The notes beneath the pieces were generated by a model, which saw only the letters and a list, made by a program, of their open reading frames with translations, was not told the origin of the DNA and made no database searches. This document shows positions 1 through 10,145 of a DNA stretch of 64,000 nucleotides, piece after piece. Made by a program: the position numbers and the translations under genes. The stretch covers positions 2,013 through 66,012 of the forward strand of contig NZ_JAQQPS010000007.1 of assembly GCF_036688685.1 (NCBI RefSeq), read 5' to 3'. The stretch is from Massilia sp. S19_KUP03_FR1. GTDB lineage: Bacteria > Pseudomonadota > Gammaproteobacteria > Burkholderiales > Burkholderiaceae_D. Numbering within the stretch: position 1 is the stretch's first letter; the number at the start of each line of letters is the position of its first letter.

Positions 1-1
1 C

Positions 2-1489
2 GCGCCGGCGCCAACCCGGCGCGGCGCGGCCCTGGCCGCAAACCCGAACCAGCCGATTCCGGTCGAGATCCGCGCGCCCCGCGTCACCACGCGCGACGCG
101 ATTGCGCGCGCGTTCGCGCTGGCATGGGGACCGGTCGGCTCGGCCGGGGTGGTGCTGGTGCTGCTGGTGTTTATTTTGCTCGAGCACGAATCGCTGCGCG
201 ACCGCCTGATCCGCCTGGCTGGCCAGGGTGAAACCCGGCGCACCATCAAGGCGCTGTCGGACGCGACCACCGGCGTGTCGCGCTTTTTCTTTTCCCAGTT
301 CATCGTGAATGTCACCTTCGGCGCGCTGATCGGCTTGTCGCTGTGGGCGGCCGGCGTGCCGCATGCGGCGCTGTGGGGGGTGCTGTCCGGCTTGCTGCGC
401 TTTGTGCCCTATCTCGGCATCCTGCTGGCCGGCGCCGTCATCGCGCTGTTTGTCGCGGCGATCGACCCCGGCTGGAAGCTGGCCCTTTCATGCATGAGCC
501 TGTTTGTCGCGCTCGAAATGATCGTCGCCAACTTCGTCGAGCCGAAGGTGTACGGCCAGAGTTCGGGCATGTCGCCGCTGGCGATCATCGTCTCGGCCCT
601 GTTCTGGGCGGCGATCTGGGGCCCGGTCGGGCTGTTGCTGTCGACCCCGCTGACGCTGTGCCTGGTGGTGGCCGGACGCCATGTGCGTTCGCTCGAACTG
701 GTCACCACCCTGCTTGGCGACACCCCCAGCGTGAACGCCGCCGAGCGCCTGTACCAGCGCTTCCTGGTGGGCGACACCAACGCCATCATCAGCGATGCGC
801 GCGCCTTCCTGCGCCAGTGCAGCTTCGCGCGCTACTGCGACCAGATTTTGCTGCCGGGCCTGGCACTGTCGGCGGCCGACACCCGCGAAGGCAATATCGA
901 CCAGGCCCAGGAAGAGCGCGTGCGGCTCGGCATCGCCGATGTCGCGGCGGCCCTGACGCCGGTCTCGAGCGCGCCCGCGCGCCGCCAGCGCCGGCGCGAC
1001 GTGTCGCTACTCGACACCAACGTCGGCGCCCACCTGCGCCGCATGCGCGAAGCACGCCTGGGCCAGTGGCAGGGTTCGCTCGACGTGCCGGTGCACTCGA
1101 TCGTGCTGTGCTGCGGCCTGCGCTCGGCGCGCGACGACCTGCTCATGGAGTTGCTGGTGCGGGCTTTGCGTGAAGTGTCGGTCGACGCGCGCAGCGTCAC
1201 GGTCGGCAGCGAAGACGCGCCCGGCGAAGACACGCCGGGGCTGGACAAGGCTGACCTGGTATCGTCGGTGTTTCTGGCCTATCCGACCGATGCCACGCTG
1301 GAAGCATGGCGCAAGGCCGCCATCGAACTGCGCGTGGCGCTGCCCGACGCGCTGTTCGTGACGATTCGCCTGCCGTTCGACGAGCGCGCCGCGCATCCGG
1401 GCGGCGTGGAAGATTACGTCGACATGATCCTGCGCTCCTACGAAGAGGGACTTGCCTTCGTGTCCCAGGAAAAGCCCGCCGCGGATTAA
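2..1489 (+). CDS. AI-2E family transporter (PerM/UPF0118-like) with C-terminal cytoplasmic extension; 5' end runs off the window
   Basis: Frame is open from base 2 with no in-frame stop. Multi-TM region has AI-2E-like motifs (GVLSGLLRFVPYLGILLAG, LVVAGRHV). Long hydrophilic C-terminal tail. Confidence 0.75.
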   Translation, partial: APAPTRRGAALAANPNQPIPVEIRAPRVTTRDAIARAFALAWGPVGSAGVVLVLLVFILLEHESLRDRLIRLAGQGETRRTIKALSDATTGVSRFFFSQFIVNVTFGALIGLSLWAAGVPHAALWGVLSGLLRFVPYLGILLAGAVIALFVAAIDPGWKLALSCMSLFVALEMIVANFVEPKVYGQSSGMSPLAIIVSALFWAAIWGPVGLLLSTPLTLCLVVAGRHVRSLELVTTLLGDTPSVNAAERLYQRFLVGDTNAIISDARAFLRQCSFARYCDQILLPGLALSAADTREGNIDQAQEERVRLGIADVAAALTPVSSAPARRQRRRDVSLLDTNVGAHLRRMREARLGQWQGSLDVPVHSIVLCCGLRSARDDLLMELLVRALREVSVDARSVTVGSEDAPGEDTPGLDKADLVSSVFLAYPTDATLEAWRKAAIELRVALPDALFVTIRLPFDERAAHPGGVEDYVDMILRSYEEGLAFVSQEKPAAD

Positions 1490-2850
1490 GCGCCGATCAG
1501 GGCCTGGCCGCAGACGCGGACGGTCTGGCCGCTGATGCCGCCCGCGCCCGGTGTGGCGAGGAAGGTCACCAGTTCGGCCACGTCGCGCGGCTGGCCGCCC
1601 TGCTTGAGCGAATTGGCGCGCCGCCCCAGTTCGCGCAGCATGAAGGGCATGGCGTCGGTCATCGGCGTTTCGATGAAGCCGGGCGCCACCGCGTTGATGC
1701 AGATGGCGCGCGCCGCCAGCCGCGGCGCCTGGGCCGCGACGTAGCCGATCAGCGCCGCCTTCGACAGCGCATAATTGCTCTGGCCGACATTCCCGGCAAT
1801 GCCGCTGATCGATGCCAGGCACACGATGCGGCCGCCGTCGCGCAGCACGGCGCCGTCCAGCAAGGCGTGATCCAGCGCCGCCACCGCGCCGAAATTGATC
1901 TCCATGACCAGGTCCCAGTATGGCGCTTTCATATTGGCCAGGCGCCGGTCACGCGTGACGCCTGCATTGTGCACGACGATGTCGACGCCGCCGCATTGGG
2001 CGCGCAGGAAGGCGCTGATCTGGTGCGCGGCGCCCGCTTCGGCGATATCGAGCACCAATGGCGTGAAATTGAAACGGCTGCAGGCGGCGTGCAAGACGGT
2101 GGCCGCGGCGGGCACGTCGAGCGCCACCACGCGCGCACCTTCCTCCTGCAAGCGTTGCGCAATCGCCACGCCGATGCCGCGCGCTGCCCCCGTGACCAGC
2201 GCGACCTTGCCGGCCAGCGCCTGGCGCAACGGTGCGGCCTCGGCGCCGACGCCGCGCGCCAGGTGCAGCGCCTGCCCCGTCACATAGGTCGTGGCAATGC
2301 CGCAAAAAAAGCGCACCGGCCCGGCCAGGCGTTCGAGCGCATCCGGCGCGACATACACCAGGTTGACCGTGATGCCGCGCGGCCCCAGTTCCTTTGCCAG
2401 CGAGCGCACGAACCCTTCGATGCCGCGTGCCAGGGCCGCCGCGACCGGGTCGCCGGCCGCGCCCGGATCGGCCGCGGCAATCAGAACACGGCCGTTCAGC
2501 GCCAGGCGCCGCATCAGCGGGTGGAACGCCGCGTACAGGAGGCGCGTGGCATCGACGCTGGTGCAGGCGGTGGCGTCGAGCACGAAGATGTCCACCGGGC
2601 TGGTATCGGCCACCGCATCGGCGAGATGCAAGCGGGCTGGCGCGGCGCCGGCGGCTGCAAGCGCCGCGTCCAGGGCGCCGAGCGCATAACCGCCGGGCGC
2701 CTGGGCAGTGAGCACGCGCAGGCCGGCAAACGGCTGCGCCGTATAGCCGCCCGCAGCGCGCGCCAGCGCCACCGGCTTGGGCAGGCCGAGCGCGCGGACC
2801 AGGTGCCGCGTGAAGATATTTTCGTGCAGCCTGACCAGACCATCGCGCAT
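1486..2850 (-). CDS. High-molecular-weight SDR / 3-oxoacyl-ACP reductase (FabG4-like, N-terminal flavodoxin-like domain plus C-terminal SDR)
   Basis: 454 aa. C-terminal Rossmann motif ALVTGAARGIGVAIA, NAG, YxxxK (YALSKAAL). Same length and architecture as actinobacterial FabG4. Confidence 0.8.
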   Translation of the reverse strand: MRDGLVRLHENIFTRHLVRALGLPKPVALARAAGGYTAQPFAGLRVLTAQAPGGYALGALDAALAAAGAAPARLHLADAVADTSPVDIFVLDATACTSVDATRLLYAAFHPLMRRLALNGRVLIAAADPGAAGDPVAAALARGIEGFVRSLAKELGPRGITVNLVYVAPDALERLAGPVRFFCGIATTYVTGQALHLARGVGAEAAPLRQALAGKVALVTGAARGIGVAIAQRLQEEGARVVALDVPAAATVLHAACSRFNFTPLVLDIAEAGAAHQISAFLRAQCGGVDIVVHNAGVTRDRRLANMKAPYWDLVMEINFGAVAALDHALLDGAVLRDGGRIVCLASISGIAGNVGQSNYALSKAALIGYVAAQAPRLAARAICINAVAPGFIETPMTDAMPFMLRELGRRANSLKQGGQPRDVAELVTFLATPGAGGISGQTVRVCGQALIGA

Positions 2851-2971
2851 CGCCCGCTCCTTGTTTTATTGTTGAGTCTTCATTCTACGTGTTGCCAGCT
2901 TGAATAGAAAAAAACCCAATAGTGCATTTACGGTAGCATGCAAATTTACCTTGTGAAGGGACCTTGACGCC

Positions 2972-3655
2972 ATGTGCGGACGATTCGACCAAAGCCAGAC
3001 GGCGCGCTATTACGCCAGCGTATTCGGCTGGGCCGATGCGCTGTACGACAGCGCTGCCGATCCCTTGTACAACGTGGCGCCCGGTACCTACCGCCCGCTG
3101 ATGCATATCCAGGACGGCGTTCGGCGTGTCGACGACGTTTTCTGGAGTTACCGCGCCAAATGGGCGGAGGGCAAGGTGCCCATTTGCGTCAATGCGCGCA
3201 TGGACAAACTGGCCAATCGTTACTGGGCGCCGCTGCTCAAGAAAGGGCGCGCCGTGGTGGCGGCCGAGGGCTGGTATGAATGGACCGGCGAGAAGGGCCA
3301 CAAGCAGCCCTGGCACATCCACCGCAAGGACGGCCAGCCGCTGTTCATGCTCGCCATCGGCAACTTCGGCACGCTAGATGCGCAGCGCGCCGAACACCGG
3401 GCCGAGGCTGGCTTCGTGCTGGTCACCGACGACGCCGCCGAGGGCATGCTCGATATCCACGACCGCCGCCCGGTGGTGCTCAGCGCCGAGGATGCGGCGC
3501 TGTGGCTCGATCCGGCCATTTCGCCCGAGCAGGCGATCGAACTGGCGCGCCAGAGCGCGTTGAAGCCGGACCAGTTCGAATGGCACAAGGTCAGTCCGAT
3601 GCTCAACCGCGCCGGCAGCGACGGGCCGCAAGTGGCGCTGCCACTGGAAGACTGA
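2972..3655 (+). CDS. yedK: SOS-response associated peptidase (SRAP/YedK family, abasic-site processing protein)
   Basis: Hallmark N-terminus MCGRF (catalytic Cys2). Conserved VAPG, ARMD and EGWYEW-type motifs. Confidence 0.85.
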   Translation: MCGRFDQSQTARYYASVFGWADALYDSAADPLYNVAPGTYRPLMHIQDGVRRVDDVFWSYRAKWAEGKVPICVNARMDKLANRYWAPLLKKGRAVVAAEGWYEWTGEKGHKQPWHIHRKDGQPLFMLAIGNFGTLDAQRAEHRAEAGFVLVTDDAAEGMLDIHDRRPVVLSAEDAALWLDPAISPEQAIELARQSALKPDQFEWHKVSPMLNRAGSDGPQVALPLED

Positions 3656-3713
3656 CGCCCGGGCATAAAATCCCGGACGCCTTGCGGGTGGCCGGGCCTG
3701 TCGATGCAAAGTC

Positions 3714-5123
3714 TTAGTGCTGGTATGCACCGATATCGAAACCGACCGATGCATTGCGTGCCTTGCCGTCGATGTCCGTCGCAGGGGCATTCGTGGCCGT
3801 ACCGCGCGCGATGGCCGGCGAGCTGGCACTCAGGTGGAAGTCCGGCGTGGTCGCCGTGGACGAATAGCCAATGAACAACGGGTCCGAGCTGACGGTACCG
3901 GTGGCCGTCAGGCCGTTGCGCAAGCTGATCGCGGTGCCGTTCTTGTACACCAGGTTGTTGGTGTAGCGGTTGCCGGTACCGGTCTTGCCCTGCTCCGAGA
4001 TGCCGATGCCATTGTTGTACAGAATGTTGTTGGCCACGATGGTGTTGTTGTTGCCGCCCGAGGTGAAGTAAAAGTCGCCGCCGCCGACGATGATGCCGTA
4101 GTGCGAATCGGTCACCGTGTTGTTGGTGATGATGACATTGGTCGCGTCGTGCCAGAGGTGGATCGCCGCTTCGCCGACGCGGTAGACCAGGTTATTTTTC
4201 ACGCTGCCGGAGGTCGACACATAGATGCCCTGGATGAATTTGCACGCCTTCGGCCCGATGTCGTTGACGGTGTTGGCGACGATGTCGTCATTGACCCCCT
4301 TGTAATAGCTGTCCACGCCGATGGCCGAGCCGCCGGCGCTGGTGCACGCGGCCGCATTGGCGATGTGGTGTACATGGTTTTCCTGGATCATGTCGTACGA
4401 GCCACCGCTATACAGGCCATGCAGCCAGAGCTTGCCCGTACCTGGCTTCGAGCCGTCGACATCGAAACCGACGATGCTGACGTAATTGCCGCGGTTATCC
4501 CAGGCATAGTCGGTCGACGAACTGGCCGGGGGCACGATCTTCGCGCCCCACTTGGTGGTCGAAACAAAATAGATGCGCGCGCCGGCCGTGCCGCTGGCGG
4601 TGGTCTTGATGCCGCCGGCATAGGTGCCAGGGGCGATCCAGACGGTGGTGCCGGCCTTGGTGGCCGCCTGTGCCGCACGCTTGAGGGTTTTGAAAGGTGC
4701 GGCCTTGGTACCGGCCGCGCTGTCGGAACCGGTCGGGGCGACGTAGTAATTGATGTTGGTGGCCGGGATGGTGGCGGCAGCGGTCACGTCGATGGCGACC
4801 GCGCTGGCCAGCAGTTTCGGGCTGCCGTCGGCGGCGAATGTGGGTGCGGCTTCTGGCGCGGCGTCGGCGCTCAATGGATGGCTGGCGTAACCGGCCAGGT
4901 CGAAACTGCCATCGGCGGCCGGGGCGCTATCGGCGACGGCCGGGGTGTTGCTGGCGGCATCGGTGACGATGCTGCTCGCGACGTAGCCGGCGGCCTGGCT
5001 GGTCTGGGCGGCGCCGCTGTCGGAAGGGCTGCCACCACCGCAGGCGGTAAGAAGAACAGCAGCGCTGCAGGCGATCAGGGCGTTGATGCGGACATCCGAA
5101 GCAAACGTGGTGAATTTCTTCAT
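3714..5123 (-). CDS. Lipoprotein with right-handed parallel beta-helix (pectate-lyase fold) repeat domain
   Basis: Signal peptide plus lipobox LLTACGGG. Low-complexity Ala/Ser linker. Repeated NNxI(V)xNN beta-helix rungs (NNNTIVANNILYNNGIGI). Confidence 0.8.
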   Translation of the reverse strand: MKKFTTFASDVRINALIACSAAVLLTACGGGSPSDSGAAQTSQAAGYVASSIVTDAASNTPAVADSAPAADGSFDLAGYASHPLSADAAPEAAPTFAADGSPKLLASAVAIDVTAAATIPATNINYYVAPTGSDSAAGTKAAPFKTLKRAAQAATKAGTTVWIAPGTYAGGIKTTASGTAGARIYFVSTTKWGAKIVPPASSSTDYAWDNRGNYVSIVGFDVDGSKPGTGKLWLHGLYSGGSYDMIQENHVHHIANAAACTSAGGSAIGVDSYYKGVNDDIVANTVNDIGPKACKFIQGIYVSTSGSVKNNLVYRVGEAAIHLWHDATNVIITNNTVTDSHYGIIVGGGDFYFTSGGNNNTIVANNILYNNGIGISEQGKTGTGNRYTNNLVYKNGTAISLRNGLTATGTVSSDPLFIGYSSTATTPDFHLSASSPAIARGTATNAPATDIDGKARNASVGFDIGAYQH

Positions 5124-5171
5124 CTGAAAATTTCCCGAAGTAAAGTTGTTGTGAGCAAGGTTGGAGTGGCG

Positions 5172-5196
5172 GAAATTGATTTAGTTCAATTGATTT
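5172..5196 (-). promoter_or_regulatory. Conserved upstream element with direct repeat AAATCAATT x2 (5' region of the beta-helix lipoprotein gene)
   Basis: GAAATTGATTTAGTTCAATTGATTT is identical upstream of both paralogs. On the coding strand it reads AAATCAATTGAACTAAATCAATTTC. Confidence 0.4.
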
Positions 5197-5323
5197 GCAG
5201 AATAATTTCAATGGAGTATCAAATAACCCATCAATCGCTTGTCACGAAAGAAATTAAACCGCTGAAGCGGACGCGTCCCACCCCGCCTGGGACGGCATGC
5301 TGCGGGGTGGGCTGACGGTGGGG

Positions 5324-6751
5324 TTAATGCTGGTATGCGCCGATATCAAAACCGACCGAGGCGTTACGCGCCTTGCCATCGATGTCTGTCGCCGGGGCAT
5401 TCGTGGCCGTGCCGCGCCCGATGGCAGGCGAGCTGGCGCTCAGGTGGAAGTTCGGCGTGGCCGCCGTGGACGAATAGCCGACGAACAGCGGCTCCGAGCT
5501 GACGGTACCGGTGGCCGTCAGGCCGTTGCGCAGGCTGATCGCGGTGCCGTTCTTGTACACCAGGTTATTGGTGTAACGGTTGCCGGTACCGGTCTTGCCC
5601 TGCTCCGAGATGCCGATGCCGTTGTTGTACAGAATGTTGTTGGCCACGATGGTGTTGTTGTTGCCGCCCGAGGTGAAGTAAAAGTCGCCGCCGCCGACGA
5701 TGATGCCGTAGTGCGAATCGGTCACCGTGTTGTTGGTGATGATGACATTGGTCGCGTCGTGCCAGAGGTGGATCGCCGCTTCGCCGACGCGGTAAACCAG
5801 ATTGTTTTTTACGGTGCCGGAGGTCGACACATAGATGCCCTGGATGAATTTGCAGGCCTTCGGCCCGATGTCGTTGACGGTGTTGGCGACGATGTCGTCC
5901 TTGACACCCTTGTAGTAGCTGTCCACGCCGATGGCCGAGCCGCCGGCGCTGGTGCACGCGGCCTTGTTGGCGATGTGGTGTACGTGGTTTTCCTGGATCA
6001 TGTCGTAGGAGCCACCGCTATACAGGCCATGCAGCCAGAGCTTGCCCGAACCCGGCTTCGAGCCATCGACATCGAAACCGATGATGCTGACGTAATTGCC
6101 GCGGTTATCCCAGGCGTAGTCGGTCGACGAACTGGCCGGGGGCACGATCTTCGCGCCCCACTTGGTGGTCGAAACAAAATAGATGCGCGCGCCGGCCGTG
6201 CCGCTGGCGGTGGTCTTGATGCCGCCGGCATAGGTGCCAGGGGCGATCCAGACCGTGGTGCCGGCCTTGGTGGCCGCCTGTGCCGCGCGCTTGAGGGTTT
6301 TGAAAGGTGCGGCCTTGGTGCCGGCCGCGCTGTCGGAACCGGTCGGGGCGACGTAGTAATTGATGTTGGTGGCCGGGATGGTGGCGGCGGCGGTGACGTC
6401 GATGGCGACCGCGCTGGCCAGCAGTTTCGGGCTGCCGTCGGCGGCGAATGTGGGCGCCGCCTGTGGTTCGGCGTCGGCGGTCAACGGATGGGCGCCGTAG
6501 CCGGCCAGGTCGAAACTGGCATCGGCGGCCGGGGCGGCATCGGCGACGGCCGGGGTGGTTTCTGCTGCGGACGTTGCAACTTCCGGAGAAGCGACTACGC
6601 CACTATTGTACGAATAGCCAGCGCTCTGCACCTGTTGGTCGGCGCCGGTATCGGACTGGCCGCCACCGCAGGCGGTGAGCAGGACAGCGGCGCTGCAGGC
6701 GATCAGGGCGTTGAGGCGGACATCCGTAGCAAACGTGGTGAGCTTTTTCAT
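5324..6751 (-). CDS. Lipoprotein with right-handed parallel beta-helix repeat domain (tandem paralog of 3714..5123)
   Basis: Near-identical to the upstream paralog over about 1 kb of nucleotide sequence. The N-terminal linker differs. Lipobox LLTACGGG. Confidence 0.8.
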   Translation of the reverse strand: MKKLTTFATDVRLNALIACSAAVLLTACGGGQSDTGADQQVQSAGYSYNSGVVASPEVATSAAETTPAVADAAPAADASFDLAGYGAHPLTADAEPQAAPTFAADGSPKLLASAVAIDVTAAATIPATNINYYVAPTGSDSAAGTKAAPFKTLKRAAQAATKAGTTVWIAPGTYAGGIKTTASGTAGARIYFVSTTKWGAKIVPPASSSTDYAWDNRGNYVSIIGFDVDGSKPGSGKLWLHGLYSGGSYDMIQENHVHHIANKAACTSAGGSAIGVDSYYKGVKDDIVANTVNDIGPKACKFIQGIYVSTSGTVKNNLVYRVGEAAIHLWHDATNVIITNNTVTDSHYGIIVGGGDFYFTSGGNNNTIVANNILYNNGIGISEQGKTGTGNRYTNNLVYKNGTAISLRNGLTATGTVSSEPLFVGYSSTAATPNFHLSASSPAIGRGTATNAPATDIDGKARNASVGFDIGAYQH

Positions 6752-6795
6752 CTGAGAACTTCCTTACTGTGTGTATGAGCAAGGTTGGAGCCGGA

Positions 6796-6820
6796 GAAAT
6801 TGATTTAGTTCAATTGATTT
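6796..6820 (-). promoter_or_regulatory. Second copy of the conserved AAATCAATT direct-repeat element, upstream of paralog 5324..6751
   Basis: Identical 25-mer to 5172..5196. The flanking TGAGCAAGGTTGGAG is also conserved. Confidence 0.4.
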
Positions 6821-6974
6821 GGAGAAAAAATTTTGCGCCGTGCGAAACCGACCACGACCGTTAGCCCGATGGAAACCGAACAAATATTGCGCAATATCGA
6901 CGTTTCGGAGGCAACTTCTGACGCCATGCGACGGTCTTACAAGGCCTTACCTCACTGCCTTGGGAGACGTCGCG

Positions 6975-7352
6975 ATGGAATCCGTTTTACATTTGAAGCC
7001 GGCTTTGAAAGACGGCGAAATCTATGCTGGCCTGATCTTGGGGAAGGATGGCCAGCATGACTATCACGTCGTGCTGTTGCCCGACGACGCCGGCGATGTC
7101 AGCTGGACGCTGGCGCGCAGCTGGGCCGACCAGCACGGCGGCGAACTGCCCAGCTGCCGCGAGCTGTCGCTGCTGTTCGCCAATCTGCGCGAGCAATTTC
7201 AGCGCGAGTGGTACTGGTCGAGCGAGCAGCACCGCACGCGCATCCAGCTGGTGTGGGGAGAGAATTTTGCCAGTGGAATACAAACCGCGTATGGCCGCCA
7301 GTTCCGGGGCCACGCGCGGGCAGTGCGGCGCGTGGCCATCGACGGGCATTGA
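6975..7352 (+). CDS. DUF1566 (Lcl C-terminal domain)-like protein
   Basis: GGELPSCRELSLLF...EWYWSSEQ pattern is typical of DUF1566. ATG at 6975; the longer TTG-initiated ORF from 6819 is less likely. Confidence 0.5.
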   Translation: MESVLHLKPALKDGEIYAGLILGKDGQHDYHVVLLPDDAGDVSWTLARSWADQHGGELPSCRELSLLFANLREQFQREWYWSSEQHRTRIQLVWGENFASGIQTAYGRQFRGHARAVRRVAIDGH

Positions 7353-7396
7353 CGGCGCTATCAGCCAGCGCAAAGCAACCGCGCCTAGGCCCCGCT

Positions 7397-8827
7397 TTAC
7401 TTCACCAGCACGTCGGCCCGTCCGATCGGCTGGTCCGTATTGGCCAAAAACCACGCCGTCGTGCTCATCACGGCGACATGGCGGCGCAGGTTTTCGGGGT
7501 CGACCTTGTCGAAGGTATCGGCCGGCGAGTGGTGGTAATTAAAATAGTCCGAGCTGTCGATGAGCGGCTCGAAACTCGGCACGCCCGCCAGTTCCAGGCC
7601 CGACAGATCGCCGGTACCGAGTTCGTCTTCGCGGATGAAGCCACCTGCGCCGATCGGTAGCAGGGCCGCCTTCAGGGGCGCGAAGTATTGCACGGCCTGG
7701 CGCGACACACTGGCGCGCACGCCGAATGCGCGCCCCGAGCCATTGTCGTCTTCATAGGCGGCGAAATGTTTCTCGGTATTCCCCGCTTCTGCGGTCAAAT
7801 AGGCGCGTGCACCCTTCTGGCCATTTTCTTCGTTCATCCAGGCAATCATGCGGATGGTGCGGCGCGGCTTGAAGTCGAGCTTTTTGAGCGTGTCGATCAC
7901 CGCCATCGCGCTGGTGACACCGGTGGCGTCGTCGTTGGCGCCGGTGGCCAGGTCCCACGAGTCGAGGTGACCGGACACGATGACGATTTCATTGGCCTTG
8001 TCGGTGCCCGGCAGGTCGGCGATGACGTTGAAGCTGTCGGCATCGGGCAGGTTTTGCGGGGTCAGTGTCAGGTGCATCGTCAGCGCGCCGCGCTTGGCCA
8101 GACGCGTCATCAACAGCGCGTCTTCAATGGTGACGGCGGCAGCGGGAATGCGGGCACCGTCCTGCAGGCCGGCACTGCCGGCGTGGGTGAGCCGGTAGAC
8201 CGCGCCGCCAACCGCGCGCACCAGCGCCGCCGCCGCACCCATTTCTGCAGCCATGCGCGGGCCGGCCACGCGGTAGGCGACCGCTTGTCCATAGGCTGTA
8301 CCAGCCTGGCCGCGGTCGGCCATTTTCTGGTCGAATGGCACATCGAACAGCACGATGCGGCCCTTTACTTCGGCCGCGCGCGCCTTGAGTTCATCGAAGC
8401 TGTGCAGGACAATGACTTCGGCCGTGATGCCGGCCGCCGGCGTCGCGCCCGAACCGCCCAGCGCGGCCAGCACCACCTTTTGCGACACGCCGGCCGGTTT
8501 GCCGGCGTAGTTGACCAGCTCAGCGCTCTCGGCGCCGCGCACCCAATGTGGCACCTTGACTGGCTGCAAGGTCACCTTCGCACCGAGTTTGCGCATGGCC
8601 TCGGCCACCTGCGTCACTGCGGCGGCTGCGCCGACCGAACCCGACAGGCGCGGGCCGATCAGGTCGGTCATCTCTTCCAGGCGAGTGTAGGCATAGTCGC
8701 TTTTCATTGCGGCATCGCGCACCTGCGCCAGTGCCGCCGCTTCGTTGGCGGGCGCGGCAGCAAAGGCGGAGAGTGAAACCAGGGAACTTGCAACGGCAAT
8801 AACGAGGGGCAGCGGGCGGCACTTCAT
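7397..8827 (-). CDS. M28 family zinc aminopeptidase, secreted (PA-domain containing)
   Basis: Signal peptide MKCRPLPLVIAVASSLVSLSAFAA. Zn-ligand motifs HLDSWD, NDDATG and EENG. SD AAGGA 9 nt upstream of the ATG at 8827. Confidence 0.85.
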   Translation of the reverse strand: MKCRPLPLVIAVASSLVSLSAFAAAPANEAAALAQVRDAAMKSDYAYTRLEEMTDLIGPRLSGSVGAAAAVTQVAEAMRKLGAKVTLQPVKVPHWVRGAESAELVNYAGKPAGVSQKVVLAALGGSGATPAAGITAEVIVLHSFDELKARAAEVKGRIVLFDVPFDQKMADRGQAGTAYGQAVAYRVAGPRMAAEMGAAAALVRAVGGAVYRLTHAGSAGLQDGARIPAAAVTIEDALLMTRLAKRGALTMHLTLTPQNLPDADSFNVIADLPGTDKANEIVIVSGHLDSWDLATGANDDATGVTSAMAVIDTLKKLDFKPRRTIRMIAWMNEENGQKGARAYLTAEAGNTEKHFAAYEDDNGSGRAFGVRASVSRQAVQYFAPLKAALLPIGAGGFIREDELGTGDLSGLELAGVPSFEPLIDSSDYFNYHHSPADTFDKVDPENLRRHVAVMSTTAWFLANTDQPIGRADVLVK

Positions 8828-8909
8828 GCGACAAATCCTTGAATGTTGAGTGAGACAAAACAATACCCCATTCAATGCTGCCGCGCAGCAAAATATTGCC
8901 GTACTTACA

Positions 8910-10046
8910 TCACGCAGGAACCAGGCGCACCAGCGTGATTTCGGAGGGCGCGCCGAAGCGTTTCGGCGGGCCCCAGTAGCCGGTGCCGCGGCTGGTGTAG
9001 ACCCACATCGCGCCGAGCCGGTTCAGGCCGCTGACGTAAGGCTGCTGCAGCGGCACGAACAGGTTCCACGGGAAAAACTGGCCGCCATGCGTGTGGCCCG
9101 ACAGTTGCAGGTCAAAGCCGGCCGCCGCGGCGGCGGTCGCGCTGCGCGGCTGGTGCGCCAGCAGCACCCGCAGGGCCAGGCCCTTCGGCGCGCCATGGGC
9201 CGCCTGGTGCGGATCGCTCTTGTGTGCGGGATTGAAATGGTGCGCCGTGTAGTCGGCCACGCCGGCGATCATCAGGCTGGCCGTGCCGCGCGTACGCACC
9301 ACGTGTTCGTTCATCAGCACCGTCACGCCGAGGCGGCGCAGCTCGGCAATCCAGGCCTCCGCGCCGGAATAGTATTCGTGGTTGCCGGTGACAAAAAACG
9401 TGCCGTCCGGCGCGGACAGGCGGGACAGCGGCGCCGTGTGCCGGGACAGGCTGGCCACGCTGCCATCAACCAGGTCGCCGGTGATGGCGATCGCATCGGC
9501 CTCCAGCGAATTGACCTTGTCGACGATGGCGCTGAGGTACTTGTGCTTGATGGTCGGGCCGACGTGGATGTCGCTGATCTGGGCGATCGTGTAGCCGTCC
9601 AGCGCGGGTGGCAAGCCCACCACCGGCACATGGACGTGCTTGACGTGCGCCAGCCGGCGCGCATTGACCAGACCGACCAGGGTGACGGCCACGGCCAGCA
9701 CAGGAACGCCGACGGCTGTTTCGCGCGCCGCATCTGGCCAGGTGAAGGGCAGCAGCTGCAGCGCCAGCAGCAGCAGGTCGCGCCCGAAGGTGGCGACCAG
9801 CAGCGATGAAAACAGCCCCATTGCCAGCAGTCCGGCCCAGGGCAGCTGTTCGGCGCCACGGCGGCGCTTGAAGTATGGCGACAGCAAACCGGTGGGCACC
9901 AGCAGCGTCGACGCCACCAGCAGCACGATGCCGGTCAGCGCGCCGGCAATACCCAGCCCCATGGCGGGAATCAGGCGCAGACCGATATACAGATGCAGGA
10001 TGACCAGCAGGAACAGAACGGTGGCAATGGTGCGGCGTGGTGGCAT
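8910..10046 (-). CDS. Membrane-anchored calcineurin-like metallophosphoesterase
   Basis: N-terminal TM helices then GDxHG (DIHVGP), GDLVDG and GNHEY phosphoesterase motifs. Start taken at MPPRR; an alternative upstream start at 10088 is possible. Confidence 0.8.
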   Translation of the reverse strand: MPPRRTIATVLFLLVILHLYIGLRLIPAMGLGIAGALTGIVLLVASTLLVPTGLLSPYFKRRRGAEQLPWAGLLAMGLFSSLLVATFGRDLLLLALQLLPFTWPDAARETAVGVPVLAVAVTLVGLVNARRLAHVKHVHVPVVGLPPALDGYTIAQISDIHVGPTIKHKYLSAIVDKVNSLEADAIAITGDLVDGSVASLSRHTAPLSRLSAPDGTFFVTGNHEYYSGAEAWIAELRRLGVTVLMNEHVVRTRGTASLMIAGVADYTAHHFNPAHKSDPHQAAHGAPKGLALRVLLAHQPRSATAAAAAGFDLQLSGHTHGGQFFPWNLFVPLQQPYVSGLNRLGAMWVYTSRGTGYWGPPKRFGAPSEITLVRLVPA

Positions 10047-10145
10047 GAAGGATCCGGATTGTGCAAAAGAAGCTTGTACATGGGGCAATCAAGTCAATCC
10101 GCAAGCGCACCCGACAAAGGAATGTTGCATCAATTTAGGTAAATG

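Noticed and set aside
343-2907. Long alternate-frame and antisense ORFs (e.g. 343..1173, 1007..1822, 1306..2907) with Arg/Ala/Pro-rich translations
   Set aside because: They lie inside or antisense to well-supported genes (AI-2E transporter, SDR). Their composition is the usual high-GC artefact and no motifs are present.
3717-6778. Plus-strand 500-aa ORFs 3717..5315 and 5297..6778 antisense to the beta-helix lipoprotein genes
   Set aside because: Gly/Arg/Asp-rich mirror-image translations of the real minus-strand genes. The lipoprotein frame has a signal peptide, lipobox and repeat structure.
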